From: Candidatus Peregrinibacteria bacterium CG10_big_fil_rev_8_21_14_0_10_49_16
Lineage (GTDB): Bacteria; Patescibacteriota; Gracilibacteria; Peribacterales; Peribacteraceae
Assembly (NCBI GenBank): GCA_002772605.1
Contig: PFDS01000040.1
Coordinates: forward strand, 14,862 to 78,861
Length of the DNA stretch: 64,000 bases
Reading direction: 5' to 3'
Shown here: in pieces, positions 9,856 through 19,434 of the stretch
Numbering within the stretch: position 1 is the first letter of the stretch
Layout of the letters: the number at the start of each line of letters is the position of its first letter
Position numbers and translations under genes: made by a program
Notes under the pieces: model-generated
The model's database searches: none
What the model saw: the letters and a program-made list of their open reading frames with translations, nothing else
Told to the model about the DNA's origin: nothing

Positions 9856-10734
9856 TTATCGTCGCTTGAGCAGTAACTCAATGGCTGTCTGTATCCAGAT
9901 TGTTTGTGTTCGGATACGTTTTTCCATTTCCCATACTGTAGGTGTTTCTGTCGTAAATGAGTGATCTGTGTACTGTTTCGGAGTCTTATTGACCCCATTC
10001 ATATAGCCCTCAAATGTTGCATCTTCCGCATAGGGCGGATGAGCACAGGCTTCAGGATAAGCCACGACACCGCCTGTATTCTTCTCTGTGTACACCTCTG
10101 GCCACTGACACACTTCCATATCGTTAGGCAGAGCTGCAATTAATTGTGGACCAATGCGATGTCGTACATCTGCCATTGTCTCAAAAAGAAAACATGCATG
10201 TGGATTGTCTTTTTCTGTAAACCCCTCCCCTGAAGCATCTGCTGGTACTTCATGACAATCCATTGTAAATGCAAAACGTACACCAGTAGCCCGGAGCCAC
10301 TGTTCTATGGCCTGCACTTCCTGTTGTTCTGTCTCTTTATTAAACGAACGATTAAGGTCGACACCATTCGCAGCAAACCGTGTGTCCAATTCAAAACCGC
10401 TCGGGTTCACGCAAGGAAACACATAGGCATTACACACAGTATCCTGCTCCTGAATACGGTTGCGTAACCAATCAATGACCGTATACACGCCAGCAGGCTC
10501 ATCGCCATGCACGCCCCCGGAAAGAAGAATAGTAGGTTTACCAGGATGAAATGTACGCGGGTACTGCACCAGAAATAGCGGCCGAGATGATATACCAGGA
10601 TACGACACTTCTGCCAATGGTTGCACATGGCAATGATCCATCTTCAGTAACGGATCTTGTACATCCCGCATAAACGAACGACGGAAGACGCGTGGCTGTT
10701 CTTGTTTCATATATGAGGAAGGGTTAACGTGCAC
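9856..10734 (-). CDS. M14-family zinc carboxypeptidase / AstE-AspA-like deacylase
   Basis: Zinc-binding motif GGVHGDEPAG and a later NPSGFE. The start is uncertain: GTG at 10734 or ATG at 10710. Confidence 0.65.
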   Translation of the reverse strand: MHVNPSSYMKQEQPRVFRRSFMRDVQDPLLKMDHCHVQPLAEVSYPGISSRPLFLVQYPRTFHPGKPTILLSGGVHGDEPAGVYTVIDWLRNRIQEQDTVCNAYVFPCVNPSGFELDTRFAANGVDLNRSFNKETEQQEVQAIEQWLRATGVRFAFTMDCHEVPADASGEGFTEKDNPHACFLFETMADVRHRIGPQLIAALPNDMEVCQWPEVYTEKNTGGVVAYPEACAHPPYAEDATFEGYMNGVNKTPKQYTDHSFTTETPTVWEMEKRIRTQTIWIQTAIELLLKRR

Positions 10735-11593
10735 AACTCATATGCCGTGCCTGAATATAGCGCAGAACAAGCTCTTGTGGACGCAGGATATAGGAAGCCA
10801 GTTCTTCTGGGCTCGCATGCACTTGATCGTCTTCCAGACGGTTCAGGATCGTTGCACACACAGATGCAGCACGAATGCCGGCACGATGACAGAAGGCAGC
10901 CAGCATGGTTGTTTCCATTTCAATATTACATACGCCGGCACGATGAAGTTCTTGTAAGTACGCACACTGCTGCGCATGAGTAAATGGAGGAGAGAGAGCA
11001 CCATCCAAACGAGCCTGTTGTTCGTAGAAATCATCAACACTTAACGTTTTTCCTGTAGCAACAGGAAGACCATCGGCATGCTCCAGAAGAGATTCTCGTA
11101 TGAGAGGATCCAGTTGTGTTGGCGTACATTGCGTCTCTCCCAACACAATCTGCTCGTGCCATGGTTCCAATTTGGCATTCACACCCTCCTTAGAAATCAC
11201 CACTGTTCCCGGATTCAGACCAATACCCCCTGATGTCCCGATACGAATATATTCGGGATCATCACACCCTGCATGAAAAAGAAGCTTGGTTACTTCGTGA
11301 AGCAAAATAGAAATCGATGGCATCCCCATACCATGAGATACAGAGATAACGGGACCAACTTTATACAGGGAAAACCGTTCGATTTTGCCGATAGGTTCCA
11401 AAGAACAGTCAATATTCAACTGATCGGCAGAGTAGCGAGCAAAGGCCTGAGCACGCGCTGGACTTCCGCCCATACACACAACGGAAACATCTCCAAACAT
11501 CTCCATCAGATTCATATCCGTATCCAGTCCCAGATGATAGAACACATCTGGTTGCAAACGCTGCAGATAAGGATTCATCTTCCATTTCACCAT
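10724..11593 (-). CDS. nucleoside phosphorylase, uridine phosphorylase-like (PNP_UDP_1 family)
   Basis: Motifs VSHGMGMPSISILLHE, IRIGTSGGI and NIEMET are characteristic of the uridine/purine nucleoside phosphorylase fold. Confidence 0.75.
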   Translation of the reverse strand: MVKWKMNPYLQRLQPDVFYHLGLDTDMNLMEMFGDVSVVCMGGSPARAQAFARYSADQLNIDCSLEPIGKIERFSLYKVGPVISVSHGMGMPSISILLHEVTKLLFHAGCDDPEYIRIGTSGGIGLNPGTVVISKEGVNAKLEPWHEQIVLGETQCTPTQLDPLIRESLLEHADGLPVATGKTLSVDDFYEQQARLDGALSPPFTHAQQCAYLQELHRAGVCNIEMETTMLAAFCHRAGIRAASVCATILNRLEDDQVHASPEELASYILRPQELVLRYIQARHMSCAR

Positions 11594-11661
11594 GATCTTG
11601 CATCATACTCTCATATATATAAAAAACCAGCAGCATGCGCTGCTGGTTCCGCTCATGTAGG

Positions 11662-12774
11662 TTAGAGAAGTTCGTCCGACGGCGGGTACGCCGCAGGAAG
11701 GAGGTGCTCATGCACCAATTGGTGCCAACGGAAGACCGCTGCTTCCTTGTCAGGCACATATGAGCCCGGACGATCGTAGGAAAGCGACAATCCGCCGCGA
11801 ATACGTGCACAAAGCACGTTATCTTCGCCTTGGGTTTCCCGGCTGCTCCGCGTGCTGTCCTCCCTGAAACTACTTCCCACATCCTTAGCAAAGAAGTAGT
11901 AGAAGTGAAGCATGCAACGATCAGGAGCGACCGGTTCCACGACATTCACATCAAGCACGCGGTCACCACTCTCATTGAACATCGTATTCGGAAAGAGTGA
12001 CCAGTACCGCGCAGTACCGGAACGCACTGTCCCACTCTCTTGTTTGAATGGGGCATATTGCAGTGCGAAGTGACTGGAAACCTCCACGCGGTAATCCGGA
12101 CTGATCGTCGCGGCAAGACTGGGATGTGCGCTGCGATGATACAAACCATCATTGTAGTTATCCATCACATGCAGCCAGCTCGCGTGGATGTCATGCGTAT
12201 CCTTTCCGGCGTATTCCATCGCCGCAAAGTGCGAACCGCGCTCGTAGAGTGAGCCCATCGTCTCCGCAAAGTCCGGCGGATCACTATCCATGCACACCCA
12301 TACGAATGGGCCCCATTCCCTCACGGGAAAACTCTTCAGATTGTGCATGCCGGCACGGCAGAAACCATCCGGGGTATCCGGTGCAATGCGCAGTTCTCCC
12401 TTGAGGTTCCATGTCCATCGGTGATTGGGGCACTGGATCCTCTCTGTAGATGCACAATCTGCATCGAAGAGTTGCGTCCCCCAATGCGTGCATGAGTTAG
12501 GAAACGCACGCAACACTCCTTCCCGGTCACGAACGAGCACCATCGGATGCCCTGCAATCTGGATACAGCACACAGACTCAGGCTCAGAAATACCATCCTG
12601 CAATGCAGCAATCTGCCACGTCCTGCGGAAAATGTACCGCTGCTGAAGCTGAAACATCCATGGATCTAAAAACCAAGACACCGGGGGACGTTGCGCTCTA
12701 TCAAGAGGCAAGGTCGGGTCAAACTGGTCAAGTTCGTGAGCGAGACACTCACGATCAGGTCGAGAGAGGTTCAT
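11662..12774 (-). CDS. Rieske [2Fe-2S] non-heme-iron oxygenase, alpha-subunit type
   Basis: Rieske motif CTHWGTQL...CPNHRW. The start is moved to the ATG at 12774, which is preceded by AAAGGAGA. Confidence 0.75.
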   Translation of the reverse strand: MNLSRPDRECLAHELDQFDPTLPLDRAQRPPVSWFLDPWMFQLQQRYIFRRTWQIAALQDGISEPESVCCIQIAGHPMVLVRDREGVLRAFPNSCTHWGTQLFDADCASTERIQCPNHRWTWNLKGELRIAPDTPDGFCRAGMHNLKSFPVREWGPFVWVCMDSDPPDFAETMGSLYERGSHFAAMEYAGKDTHDIHASWLHVMDNYNDGLYHRSAHPSLAATISPDYRVEVSSHFALQYAPFKQESGTVRSGTARYWSLFPNTMFNESGDRVLDVNVVEPVAPDRCMLHFYYFFAKDVGSSFREDSTRSSRETQGEDNVLCARIRGGLSLSYDRPGSYVPDKEAAVFRWHQLVHEHLLPAAYPPSDELL

Positions 12775-12817
12775 GCGATATCTCCTTTTCTGAAATGCAA
12801 ATGAGCGGCTGTTTATG

Positions 12818-14446
12818 CTAGCGCTCCAGTTTACGCCGGGCAAGCTCGTACCCCGGCTGCACGTTCAACGCATTCTCAAAGGATACATGCGCATCTGACA
12901 TACGACCCTGCCTTTCATAGGCCACACCAAGATTGTAGTGCAGTTCTGGAATATTGAAATCGAGTTCCCGCCCACGTTCCAGAAGTTTAGTAGCACGACG
13001 CGTCTCCCCCTGTAAAAGAACCAAACCGCCAAGTTGAGAATATCCCTGTCCATCATGAGATTGTAAGGCAACATACCTCTCAAACAGTGGCACTGCTTCT
13101 GTAAATTTCTCCTGCACCACCAATACGCGTCCTAAACTAAACAGCGCTCGTGGATTCTCTTTCACTGAAAGCGACTGCCGATAGAGCTCTTCTGCTTCTG
13201 AGAGCTTTCCTTCCTGTGCACGAAAACCTGCAAGATTGTTATAGGCAAGATGGGAATTACTGTAGTGATCAATGACATTCTGAAAAAGTCTCTCGCTGTT
13301 TTTCCAGACCATTGACTGCTGATATGTCAGCCAAGCAAATAGAACAGTGACAGTGCAAGTTACATAGAGAGTTTTGTGCCAACGTAGCATGGCTACACCC
13401 ACAAGAAACAGTGGCACAAGGATGGCCAAGTACGCATACCTGTCTGACGCGAAGTACACATCAAGTGAACCACTGTCACTCCCCTTCAGTACATTTGCAA
13501 ATGAGGGAAGGAGAAAAAAGATAAAGAGCAACCATAATGCCACCCACAAACGGTCCCTGCGCAACCGAAGCCACGCACCCACAGAAATACCAACAAGAAG
13601 GAACATTCCAAGAAGCACACGCACATTCAAGAACGACACTGCATCAGTAAACGGATAGAGAATCGCAAGTTTTGTAGGAAGGAAAAATTTCTGGATGTAA
13701 AACGGAACCGATACAAACGGCATGAGAAGCAGAGTGCCCCAATCTGTGACCTGCGCACGTTTCCCAAAGAGTGCAATGACAACGAAGAGAGCTGCTAAAG
13801 CAAAGTACGGGCATTTTTCACGAATAGATCGTCGATCTACATGTCCGTCTTTATACCAATCCAAAAGAAGTAGCATGAATGGCAAGAGAGCAATGGAGAC
13901 TTTGGAGAGTAGCCCCAACGCAAAGGCACTGACACTCAACCAATACCCATGTGTCAGGGTGACACGTGCATTTCTCCACTGTAAAAACAGATAAACACTA
14001 CTCAGAAAGAACATGCTTGATAAGAGATCTTTCCGTGCCGCTCCCCATACGACTGTTTCCACGACCAGTGGGTGTACTGAAAAGAGTAACGCGCAGAGTA
14101 GCGCTATATACTCTCTAAAAAATCGTCGAAAAATCAGAAATACCAGCAGTGTGTTCACCACATGCAAAAGCAGATTCGTAGCGTGAACAACCATCGGATC
14201 AAATCCGCCAAATAGCGCGTATTCCAGCTGGTACGTCAGAAGTGTCAGCGGTATGTAGAGTTCCGGATCATATGTCGTAAACGCACGTTTCACATTCGCC
14301 CATGACAATCCTTGAGAGGTGGGATTATCAATAATAAGCAACTCGTCATCAAGCGCAACGAACTCGTTGGAAAGAGATTGAAAAAAAACAAGAAGAGGTA
14401 GTGCGATGATGCACAGAACTGCGAGCCACGTTTGCTTCACTTGCAT
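12818..14446 (-). CDS. TMTC-like membrane glycosyltransferase with C-terminal TPR repeats
   Basis: 542 aa. The polytopic N-terminal part has a DUF1736-like segment (YIPLTLLTYQLEYALFGGFDPMVVHATNLLLHVVNTLLVF). The C-terminal ~170 aa are TPR-like. Confidence 0.65.
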   Translation of the reverse strand: MQVKQTWLAVLCIIALPLLVFFQSLSNEFVALDDELLIIDNPTSQGLSWANVKRAFTTYDPELYIPLTLLTYQLEYALFGGFDPMVVHATNLLLHVVNTLLVFLIFRRFFREYIALLCALLFSVHPLVVETVVWGAARKDLLSSMFFLSSVYLFLQWRNARVTLTHGYWLSVSAFALGLLSKVSIALLPFMLLLLDWYKDGHVDRRSIREKCPYFALAALFVVIALFGKRAQVTDWGTLLLMPFVSVPFYIQKFFLPTKLAILYPFTDAVSFLNVRVLLGMFLLVGISVGAWLRLRRDRLWVALWLLFIFFLLPSFANVLKGSDSGSLDVYFASDRYAYLAILVPLFLVGVAMLRWHKTLYVTCTVTVLFAWLTYQQSMVWKNSERLFQNVIDHYSNSHLAYNNLAGFRAQEGKLSEAEELYRQSLSVKENPRALFSLGRVLVVQEKFTEAVPLFERYVALQSHDGQGYSQLGGLVLLQGETRRATKLLERGRELDFNIPELHYNLGVAYERQGRMSDAHVSFENALNVQPGYELARRKLER

Positions 14447-14529
14447 AAAAAAATCATACCATTTTTCAGACTGCGAGCCTCACCCTGAACCCTCTCCCAA
14501 TGGGAGAGGGAAGAAGGTATACTCCTTTC

Positions 14530-15075
14530 ATGCGCATTGCAGTCGGGTCTCTCAACCCCGCAAAAATCGAAGCCGTGCGAGAAGCATTCGCAGACATGTG
14601 GCCACGCGAAACATGGATCGTTGAAAGCGTTGCCGTACCGTCAGGTGTATCCGACCAGCCAATGAGTGATGAAGAGAGTGTGCGTGGTGCACGTAACCGT
14701 GCAGAGAACGCACTTCGAGCTCTTGAAGCAGATTTCGCTGTGGGACTTGAGGGAGGCATCCAACGTATTGACGGACAGTACTACGATTGTGGATGGGCAG
14801 TGGTGATCGATAAAGAAGGATTTGAGGGAGTAGGCTCCAGTGTCCGCATGCGCGTTCCTGAAGCGATCATGGAGCGTATCGGACAAGGCGAAGAACTCGG
14901 TAGTGCCATCGACCGTATTTTTGGTACAGACAATGCAAAAGAGAAAGAAGGACACTTCGGTCTCATGACCAATAACCGGATCACCCGCGCGGAGGGGTAC
15001 AAAGACGGTGTCCTCTCAGCACTGGGGTGCTTTTTGCATAAAGAGTTATTTACATCTGCGGCCGTCGCTTCTTAA
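14530..15075 (+). CDS. inosine/xanthosine triphosphatase (YjjX/DUF84 family)
   Basis: MRIAVGSLNPAKIEAVREAF and PSGVSDQP motifs. Start set at the ATG at 14530. Confidence 0.75.
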   Translation: MRIAVGSLNPAKIEAVREAFADMWPRETWIVESVAVPSGVSDQPMSDEESVRGARNRAENALRALEADFAVGLEGGIQRIDGQYYDCGWAVVIDKEGFEGVGSSVRMRVPEAIMERIGQGEELGSAIDRIFGTDNAKEKEGHFGLMTNNRITRAEGYKDGVLSALGCFLHKELFTSAAVAS

Positions 15076-15625
15076 GCGCAAAAAATATGTCGCGCACGAG
15101 ATCATCGTGCATTTCTTTTTCCACAAAATCGAAAAATTCAGACAAATCTTTTTGATATTTCTGTTCGTACTCTAATGTTTGAAGCGCCAAATCTAGCCGT
15201 TCCAGCTGACGAGCAGCTTTTGCCTCCGGCGTCTCACCTGCCTCAAACTCTTCCCACAACCCTACAATCACATCACCTTTGGGAAATTTCTTGCATAACT
15301 TCCGCATCGCCTCACGTTCACGCCTTTCTTTTTCTTCCGGGAGCACATTATCAGCTGGGATAATATCCCCTACTTCCGGATCACTCTCCGCAAGATCGTG
15401 CACAGCAAGAATCTGCACAAGTCTTCCCACATCAACACCCAGTTGAGACCCAAGAATGCATCCAAGAAGAACAGATCCAGAAAGATGATCAGCAACAGAT
15501 TCAGGGTGATCAAACTGCTCTCGTACCCACCCACGCCGACGAAGTTCTTTTAGACGAACAACTTGTTGCAGTGCATCTATGAGAACATCCATGCATCCAG
15601 TGTGCTGGAACTTCTCCTCAAACAC
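15050..15625 (-). CDS. HD-domain phosphohydrolase (YfbR-like 5-prime-nucleotidase family)
   Basis: Motifs RRGWV, ESVADH and AVHDLAE. Confidence 0.7.
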   Translation of the reverse strand: MFEEKFQHTGCMDVLIDALQQVVRLKELRRRGWVREQFDHPESVADHLSGSVLLGCILGSQLGVDVGRLVQILAVHDLAESDPEVGDIIPADNVLPEEKERREREAMRKLCKKFPKGDVIVGLWEEFEAGETPEAKAARQLERLDLALQTLEYEQKYQKDLSEFFDFVEKEMHDDLVRDIFFALKKRRPQM

Positions 15626-15669
15626 TAGTAGACTTTTTCACGATCCTTACGAACGAAAGGAGGTGGCAC

Positions 15670-15810
15670 ATGTCACTTCAGGGGATCCGGCGTCTTTTTC
15701 TCTATCTTGTCTTCGGCGGACTACTTGGTGTTCCTCTTATCGGATGTTCGGAGAAACCGAAAGAGGAAAACACCAAGAAACAATCCGACAAAGACAAAAA
15801 AGATTGCTGA
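15670..15810 (+). CDS. small (46 aa) putative lipoprotein, absent from the ORF track
   Basis: AAAGGAGGTG lies 4 nt before the ATG. The signal peptide ends in the lipobox LIGC. A lysine-rich tail and a terminator follow. Confidence 0.55.
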   Translation: MSLQGIRRLFLYLVFGGLLGVPLIGCSEKPKEENTKKQSDKDKKDC

Positions 15811-15848
15811 ACGCCGAAAAAGTAGTCACGCGTGACGTGGCTTTCGTA

Positions 15849-15876
15849 GGCGGAGCAACTCTGCTCCGCCCTTTTT
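15849..15876. terminator. bidirectional rho-independent terminator
   Basis: GGCGGAGC-AACTCT-GCTCCGCC followed by CTTTTTA. It sits between convergent ORFs. Confidence 0.7.
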
Positions 15877-16288
15877 ATACTTCTGGAGGCGTAAACTCCA
15901 TTCCACAGTTACTGCATGTACACATAGGCGTATCGTCTTTGTAGCGAACAGAGATGCGCTTCTTTGTCGTGGACTTCTGTGTTTGCAATGCTCTCTTTCC
16001 ATCCTTCTCCAAATGAAATATCTGCTTTCCTTTTACTGTGAAACCATTCATTAAACCGCACTTTGGGCACTGTAACAGCAGCTGCTCCGGGTTATCTTCT
16101 GTATCTGTCAATGTGCGAATTTTCTCAGATAGAAGCACCACCTGCTGAAAAAGGTCACCATCTTCCTCTTCGATCACAATACGAACATCAGCAAACCCTT
16201 CCCCAGGAATACCTGCACGCTTTCCATGTAAACGTCTCCCATACTCCTCCCGTGTTTCCGGCCAGTGTTCTCTCATTTTCGAGAACAT
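15875..16288 (-). CDS. hypothetical zinc-ribbon protein
   Basis: 137 aa with the paired motifs CPKCG and CSNCG. Confidence 0.5.
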   Translation of the reverse strand: MFSKMREHWPETREEYGRRLHGKRAGIPGEGFADVRIVIEEEDGDLFQQVVLLSEKIRTLTDTEDNPEQLLLQCPKCGLMNGFTVKGKQIFHLEKDGKRALQTQKSTTKKRISVRYKDDTPMCTCSNCGMEFTPPEV

Positions 16289-16545
16289 AACCAGTTATAG
16301 AGCCACGCAAAGATGTACCCGCCGATAAATGCATCGATGAACCCCCATACACCGCCAATGAGACTGCCTTCCGGAGTTGCGCTGTATCCCAGATATCCCG
16401 AACCAATGAAGTCGACAATAGGCGCTCCGACCTGTGCAAACGCTGCAAGAAATCCCAAGAGGAAAATGCCCAGTCCCCACGTGATGCCACAGGCAAGCGC
16501 AAAATTTTGAACATGAAACAGTTGATTCTTAGCCATGGTATACAT
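16273..16545 (-). CDS. small integral membrane protein
   Basis: The start is moved to the ATG at 16545, preceded by GAGGAG. The ~90 aa product is Gly-rich and hydrophobic (GITWGLGIFLLGFLAAF, GGVWGFIDAFIGGYIFAWL). Confidence 0.5.
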   Translation of the reverse strand: MYTMAKNQLFHVQNFALACGITWGLGIFLLGFLAAFAQVGAPIVDFIGSGYLGYSATPEGSLIGGVWGFIDAFIGGYIFAWLYNWLCSRK

Positions 16546-16652
16546 CGTACTCCTCATTCGAAGAGGCACCTCTAGACAAAAATATAAACAGAAGTAGTTT
16601 CGCATATCATCATTTGCAATGAAGACATAAAAGGGGTATACAGTACGATTCC

Positions 16653-18173
16653 ATGGAAAATCCATATTATTTTCAGCAGGAGGAAATACGACGACGCGAC
16701 GCAGAAAACGTTCTAATGTATGCACCAAAACACCACTCTCCAAACCTTATTCCATGGCCTCGTTGTCCGGAAGCAGAACAATATGTACAGGAACAGATCG
16801 AACATTTCCTTGAGAACCATACGTTTGCACGCGAGCTCCAAAAACGCATGCGGGAAGAAACGAGTACGCGCTTTACCGACTGGGTTGATCACGTGTCTAT
16901 CCCCTTACGCCCACAGCATCTTACGAGATTGAGCCAGACAGGATTTACCTGTCGGTATGAGCACAGTAAGCAAGGACACGGTATCCCCTACTGGCATCCT
17001 CATGGAGACTTTCCCGATATTCTTCTCCATAGCGATCCTCAAACACTGGAGGTGGCAATGAAAGTAGATTCGATCAAAGACTTTCTCATTTCCCATAACC
17101 GTCTTGATCTCATCGATCAGGTTGAAGGATCACGTTTTGGAAAGTTCCGCAGAATACGCATTCCGGAAGGAAGTATAATCCTCTCCATTGTTGAACGCAG
17201 AGGATACAAAGGATTCACTCCGGACACAGATCTGGAAGCGGAAGAAAAATATTTGCATGCAAAGGCCACTTGGGATTCGCGCATTCGTGACTTTGAGCCA
17301 AAGAGAGAGACAGAGGGCATGGAATACACTCTGCAACTCGCACAGAAAATAGCCGAAGACGTCGGGCCGGACCTTGCCGCAGATATTGCCATGGCATCGG
17401 AACGCGAATACTGGACAAAACGAAATGCAGCAGCACGGTTGCAAAAAGTAAGACAAGATCGACTGGGTCTTGGTTGGGCAAACCATGACCATCACACATT
17501 CCGTTCCAGCCGAAAGCATTACCTCACACTCATGAAAATTTTTCAAACATTGGGGTTTAAGAAACGTGAACGGTACTCACCTCCTGATGCAGACTGGGGC
17601 GCACAAATTTTTGAGCAACCAAATGCAGGTATTGTTATCTTCGCCGACGTTGACCTGTTTCCAGAAGAAAAAGAGGATGATTTCGATTTCTCTACACAGA
17701 AACTCCCGACAAAAAGAAAATGTTTTACCGTTGGACGCTGGTGTGCACTTCACGGAGACTCTATTCTCCAGGCAGGCATGCATCACCTCGAAGCGCAGTT
17801 TGATTTCGACAAATTAGAGACAGACTTGAAAGCACAAGACGTGCACATGATTGATCCATTTAGCAACGAATGCGATGCAGACAATCGTCTTTTCCTGAAA
17901 CAAACGTTTACGGAAGGAGAAATGTGGCCAGTGGACCAGGAACGACTGGATACGGCTCTATCACGCCGCGCCATTGGAAAAAAAACATACAATGCCATTA
18001 TGCAAACACGAAAAGCAGTCGGGAGCGTCCTGGAGAACCTTGAAAGAAATATGGGATATAAAGGTTTTAAACAGGAAGGCGTATCGGATGTTCTCGACCG
18101 CGTCGATCCCAAAAAACTTGCGGAGGAATCGGAAGAAACACGCCGTAAACTTACCAAAACTATGTCATCCTGA
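16653..18173 (+). CDS. hypothetical protein, possibly a VOC/DUF1338-like metalloenzyme
   Basis: 506 aa. The segments VDHVSIPL and GWANHDHHTFRS...LGFKKRERY resemble the metal-binding strands of glyoxalase-fold/DUF1338 enzymes. This assignment is tentative. Confidence 0.5.
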   Translation: MENPYYFQQEEIRRRDAENVLMYAPKHHSPNLIPWPRCPEAEQYVQEQIEHFLENHTFARELQKRMREETSTRFTDWVDHVSIPLRPQHLTRLSQTGFTCRYEHSKQGHGIPYWHPHGDFPDILLHSDPQTLEVAMKVDSIKDFLISHNRLDLIDQVEGSRFGKFRRIRIPEGSIILSIVERRGYKGFTPDTDLEAEEKYLHAKATWDSRIRDFEPKRETEGMEYTLQLAQKIAEDVGPDLAADIAMASEREYWTKRNAAARLQKVRQDRLGLGWANHDHHTFRSSRKHYLTLMKIFQTLGFKKRERYSPPDADWGAQIFEQPNAGIVIFADVDLFPEEKEDDFDFSTQKLPTKRKCFTVGRWCALHGDSILQAGMHHLEAQFDFDKLETDLKAQDVHMIDPFSNECDADNRLFLKQTFTEGEMWPVDQERLDTALSRRAIGKKTYNAIMQTRKAVGSVLENLERNMGYKGFKQEGVSDVLDRVDPKKLAEESEETRRKLTKTMSS

Positions 18174-18216
18174 GCCTGTCTGCCGACAGGCAGGCAGGTC
18201 TGACAAAGGACGAAGT
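18164..18216. repeat. REP-like element (GTCAYMCTGAGCC family, long variant)
   Basis: GTCATCCTGAGCCTGTC-[TGCCGACAGGCAGGCAGG...]-GAAGTGC has the same ends as the element at 51868-51902. It lies between two genes. Confidence 0.6.
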
Positions 18217-18230
18217 GCTACCATGCTTCT

Positions 18231-18761
18231 ATGACACGCGATGTTATCCTCGTTGACGTTCAGGGAAACGCGATCGGCACCATGGAAATCTTTTCCGCTC
18301 ACGCAAAGCCTGGTCATCTCCACCGTGCATTTTCTGTGTGTGTCTTCCGAGAGAGCAACCGAGAAGAACTTCTCATTCAAAAACGGGCTCGTTTCAAACC
18401 TCTCTTCCCTCATCTCTGGAGCAATACTTGCTGCTCCCATCCATTTCCTGAAGAAAATATCGTCACTGCCGCAGAAAAACGTTTACAAGAAGAACTGGGG
18501 TTTACCTGTTTGCTAAAAAACGTGGGGGCATTTGTCTATCAGGCAGACGATCCTGCCACAGATCTCTCAGAACACGAACACGATACTGTCCTTATCGGCA
18601 CTATGCCGAACGCTGAAATTATCCCCAATCCACACGAAGTTGCAGACTGGAAATGGATCACCATTCGTACACTACAACAAGACATGACCGCATATCCGGA
18701 AAAATATTCCCCTTGGTTTGCACAGGTTCTCACCATCGCTCTACAGTGTGCTCATGTCTGA
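18231..18761 (+). CDS. idi: isopentenyl-diphosphate delta-isomerase, type 1 (Nudix)
   Basis: Motifs HRAFSVCVF...LLIQKRA..K..FP.LWSNTCCSHP and a Nudix-like E..RL.EELG. Confidence 0.85.
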   Translation: MTRDVILVDVQGNAIGTMEIFSAHAKPGHLHRAFSVCVFRESNREELLIQKRARFKPLFPHLWSNTCCSHPFPEENIVTAAEKRLQEELGFTCLLKNVGAFVYQADDPATDLSEHEHDTVLIGTMPNAEIIPNPHEVADWKWITIRTLQQDMTAYPEKYSPWFAQVLTIALQCAHV

Positions 18762-19434
18762 GAAAAAACTTCATCTTGCCATTATTCCCGATGGCAATCG
18801 CCGCTGGGCACGTGCGAAGGGACTCCATCCATGGGAAGGTCATGCGCGGGCAGTGGAAAATTTTCGGACAATTTCCGACTGGTGCAGAGCACATGAACAG
18901 ATCACCACCTTGACAATATGGTGTTTTTCAACGGAAAACTGGAAACGCGATAAAAAAGAGATCAGTAAGCTCATGTCACTTCTCGAAAATTATGTGAAGA
19001 AGAACCGTAACGATATGAACAAACAGCAAACACGTTTCCTGCATTCCGGCCGGAAAGACCGAATTCCTGCATCGTTGGCAAAATCTTTCACAGAGATTGA
19101 AAAAGAAACTAAACATAATGTTAAGTTTAATTTACATCTTGCACTAGATTATGGGGGGAAAGATGAAATCTTGAGAGCAATAGAGCGAATGAAAAACAAT
19201 GAAACACTCGCTCAAAATGACATACTGCGTCCCTACCTTGACCAACCAGATCTTCCCGATATCGACATCATCATTCGCACATCTGGGGAACATCGCACTA
19301 GCAACTTCTTTCTCTGGCAATCCACTTACGCCGAATGGTTCTTCCTTGAAAAGCATTTTCCAGACTTTGAAATAACAGACATTGAGCAAGTGCTTGACGA
19401 ATACGTACAAAGGCAGCGACGATTTGGCGGATGA
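18754..19434 (+). CDS. uppS: cis-prenyltransferase (undecaprenyl-diphosphate synthase family)
   Basis: Motifs HLAIIPDGNRRWA and IRTSGEHRTSNFFLWQSTYAEW. The start at 18754 overlaps the idi stop by 8 nt. Confidence 0.85.
   Translation: MSEKKLHLAIIPDGNRRWARAKGLHPWEGHARAVENFRTISDWCRAHEQITTLTIWCFSTENWKRDKKEISKLMSLLENYVKKNRNDMNKQQTRFLHSGRKDRIPASLAKSFTEIEKETKHNVKFNLHLALDYGGKDEILRAIERMKNNETLAQNDILRPYLDQPDLPDIDIIIRTSGEHRTSNFFLWQSTYAEWFFLEKHFPDFEITDIEQVLDEYVQRQRRFGG

Noticed and set aside
11662-12843. First impression that the Rieske oxygenase gene is a GC-rich island.
   Set aside because: Hand counts give 33/60 at 11701-11760 and 35/60 at 12241-12300, against 32/60 in the neighbouring phosphorylase gene at 10801-10860. 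It is not a compositional outlier.
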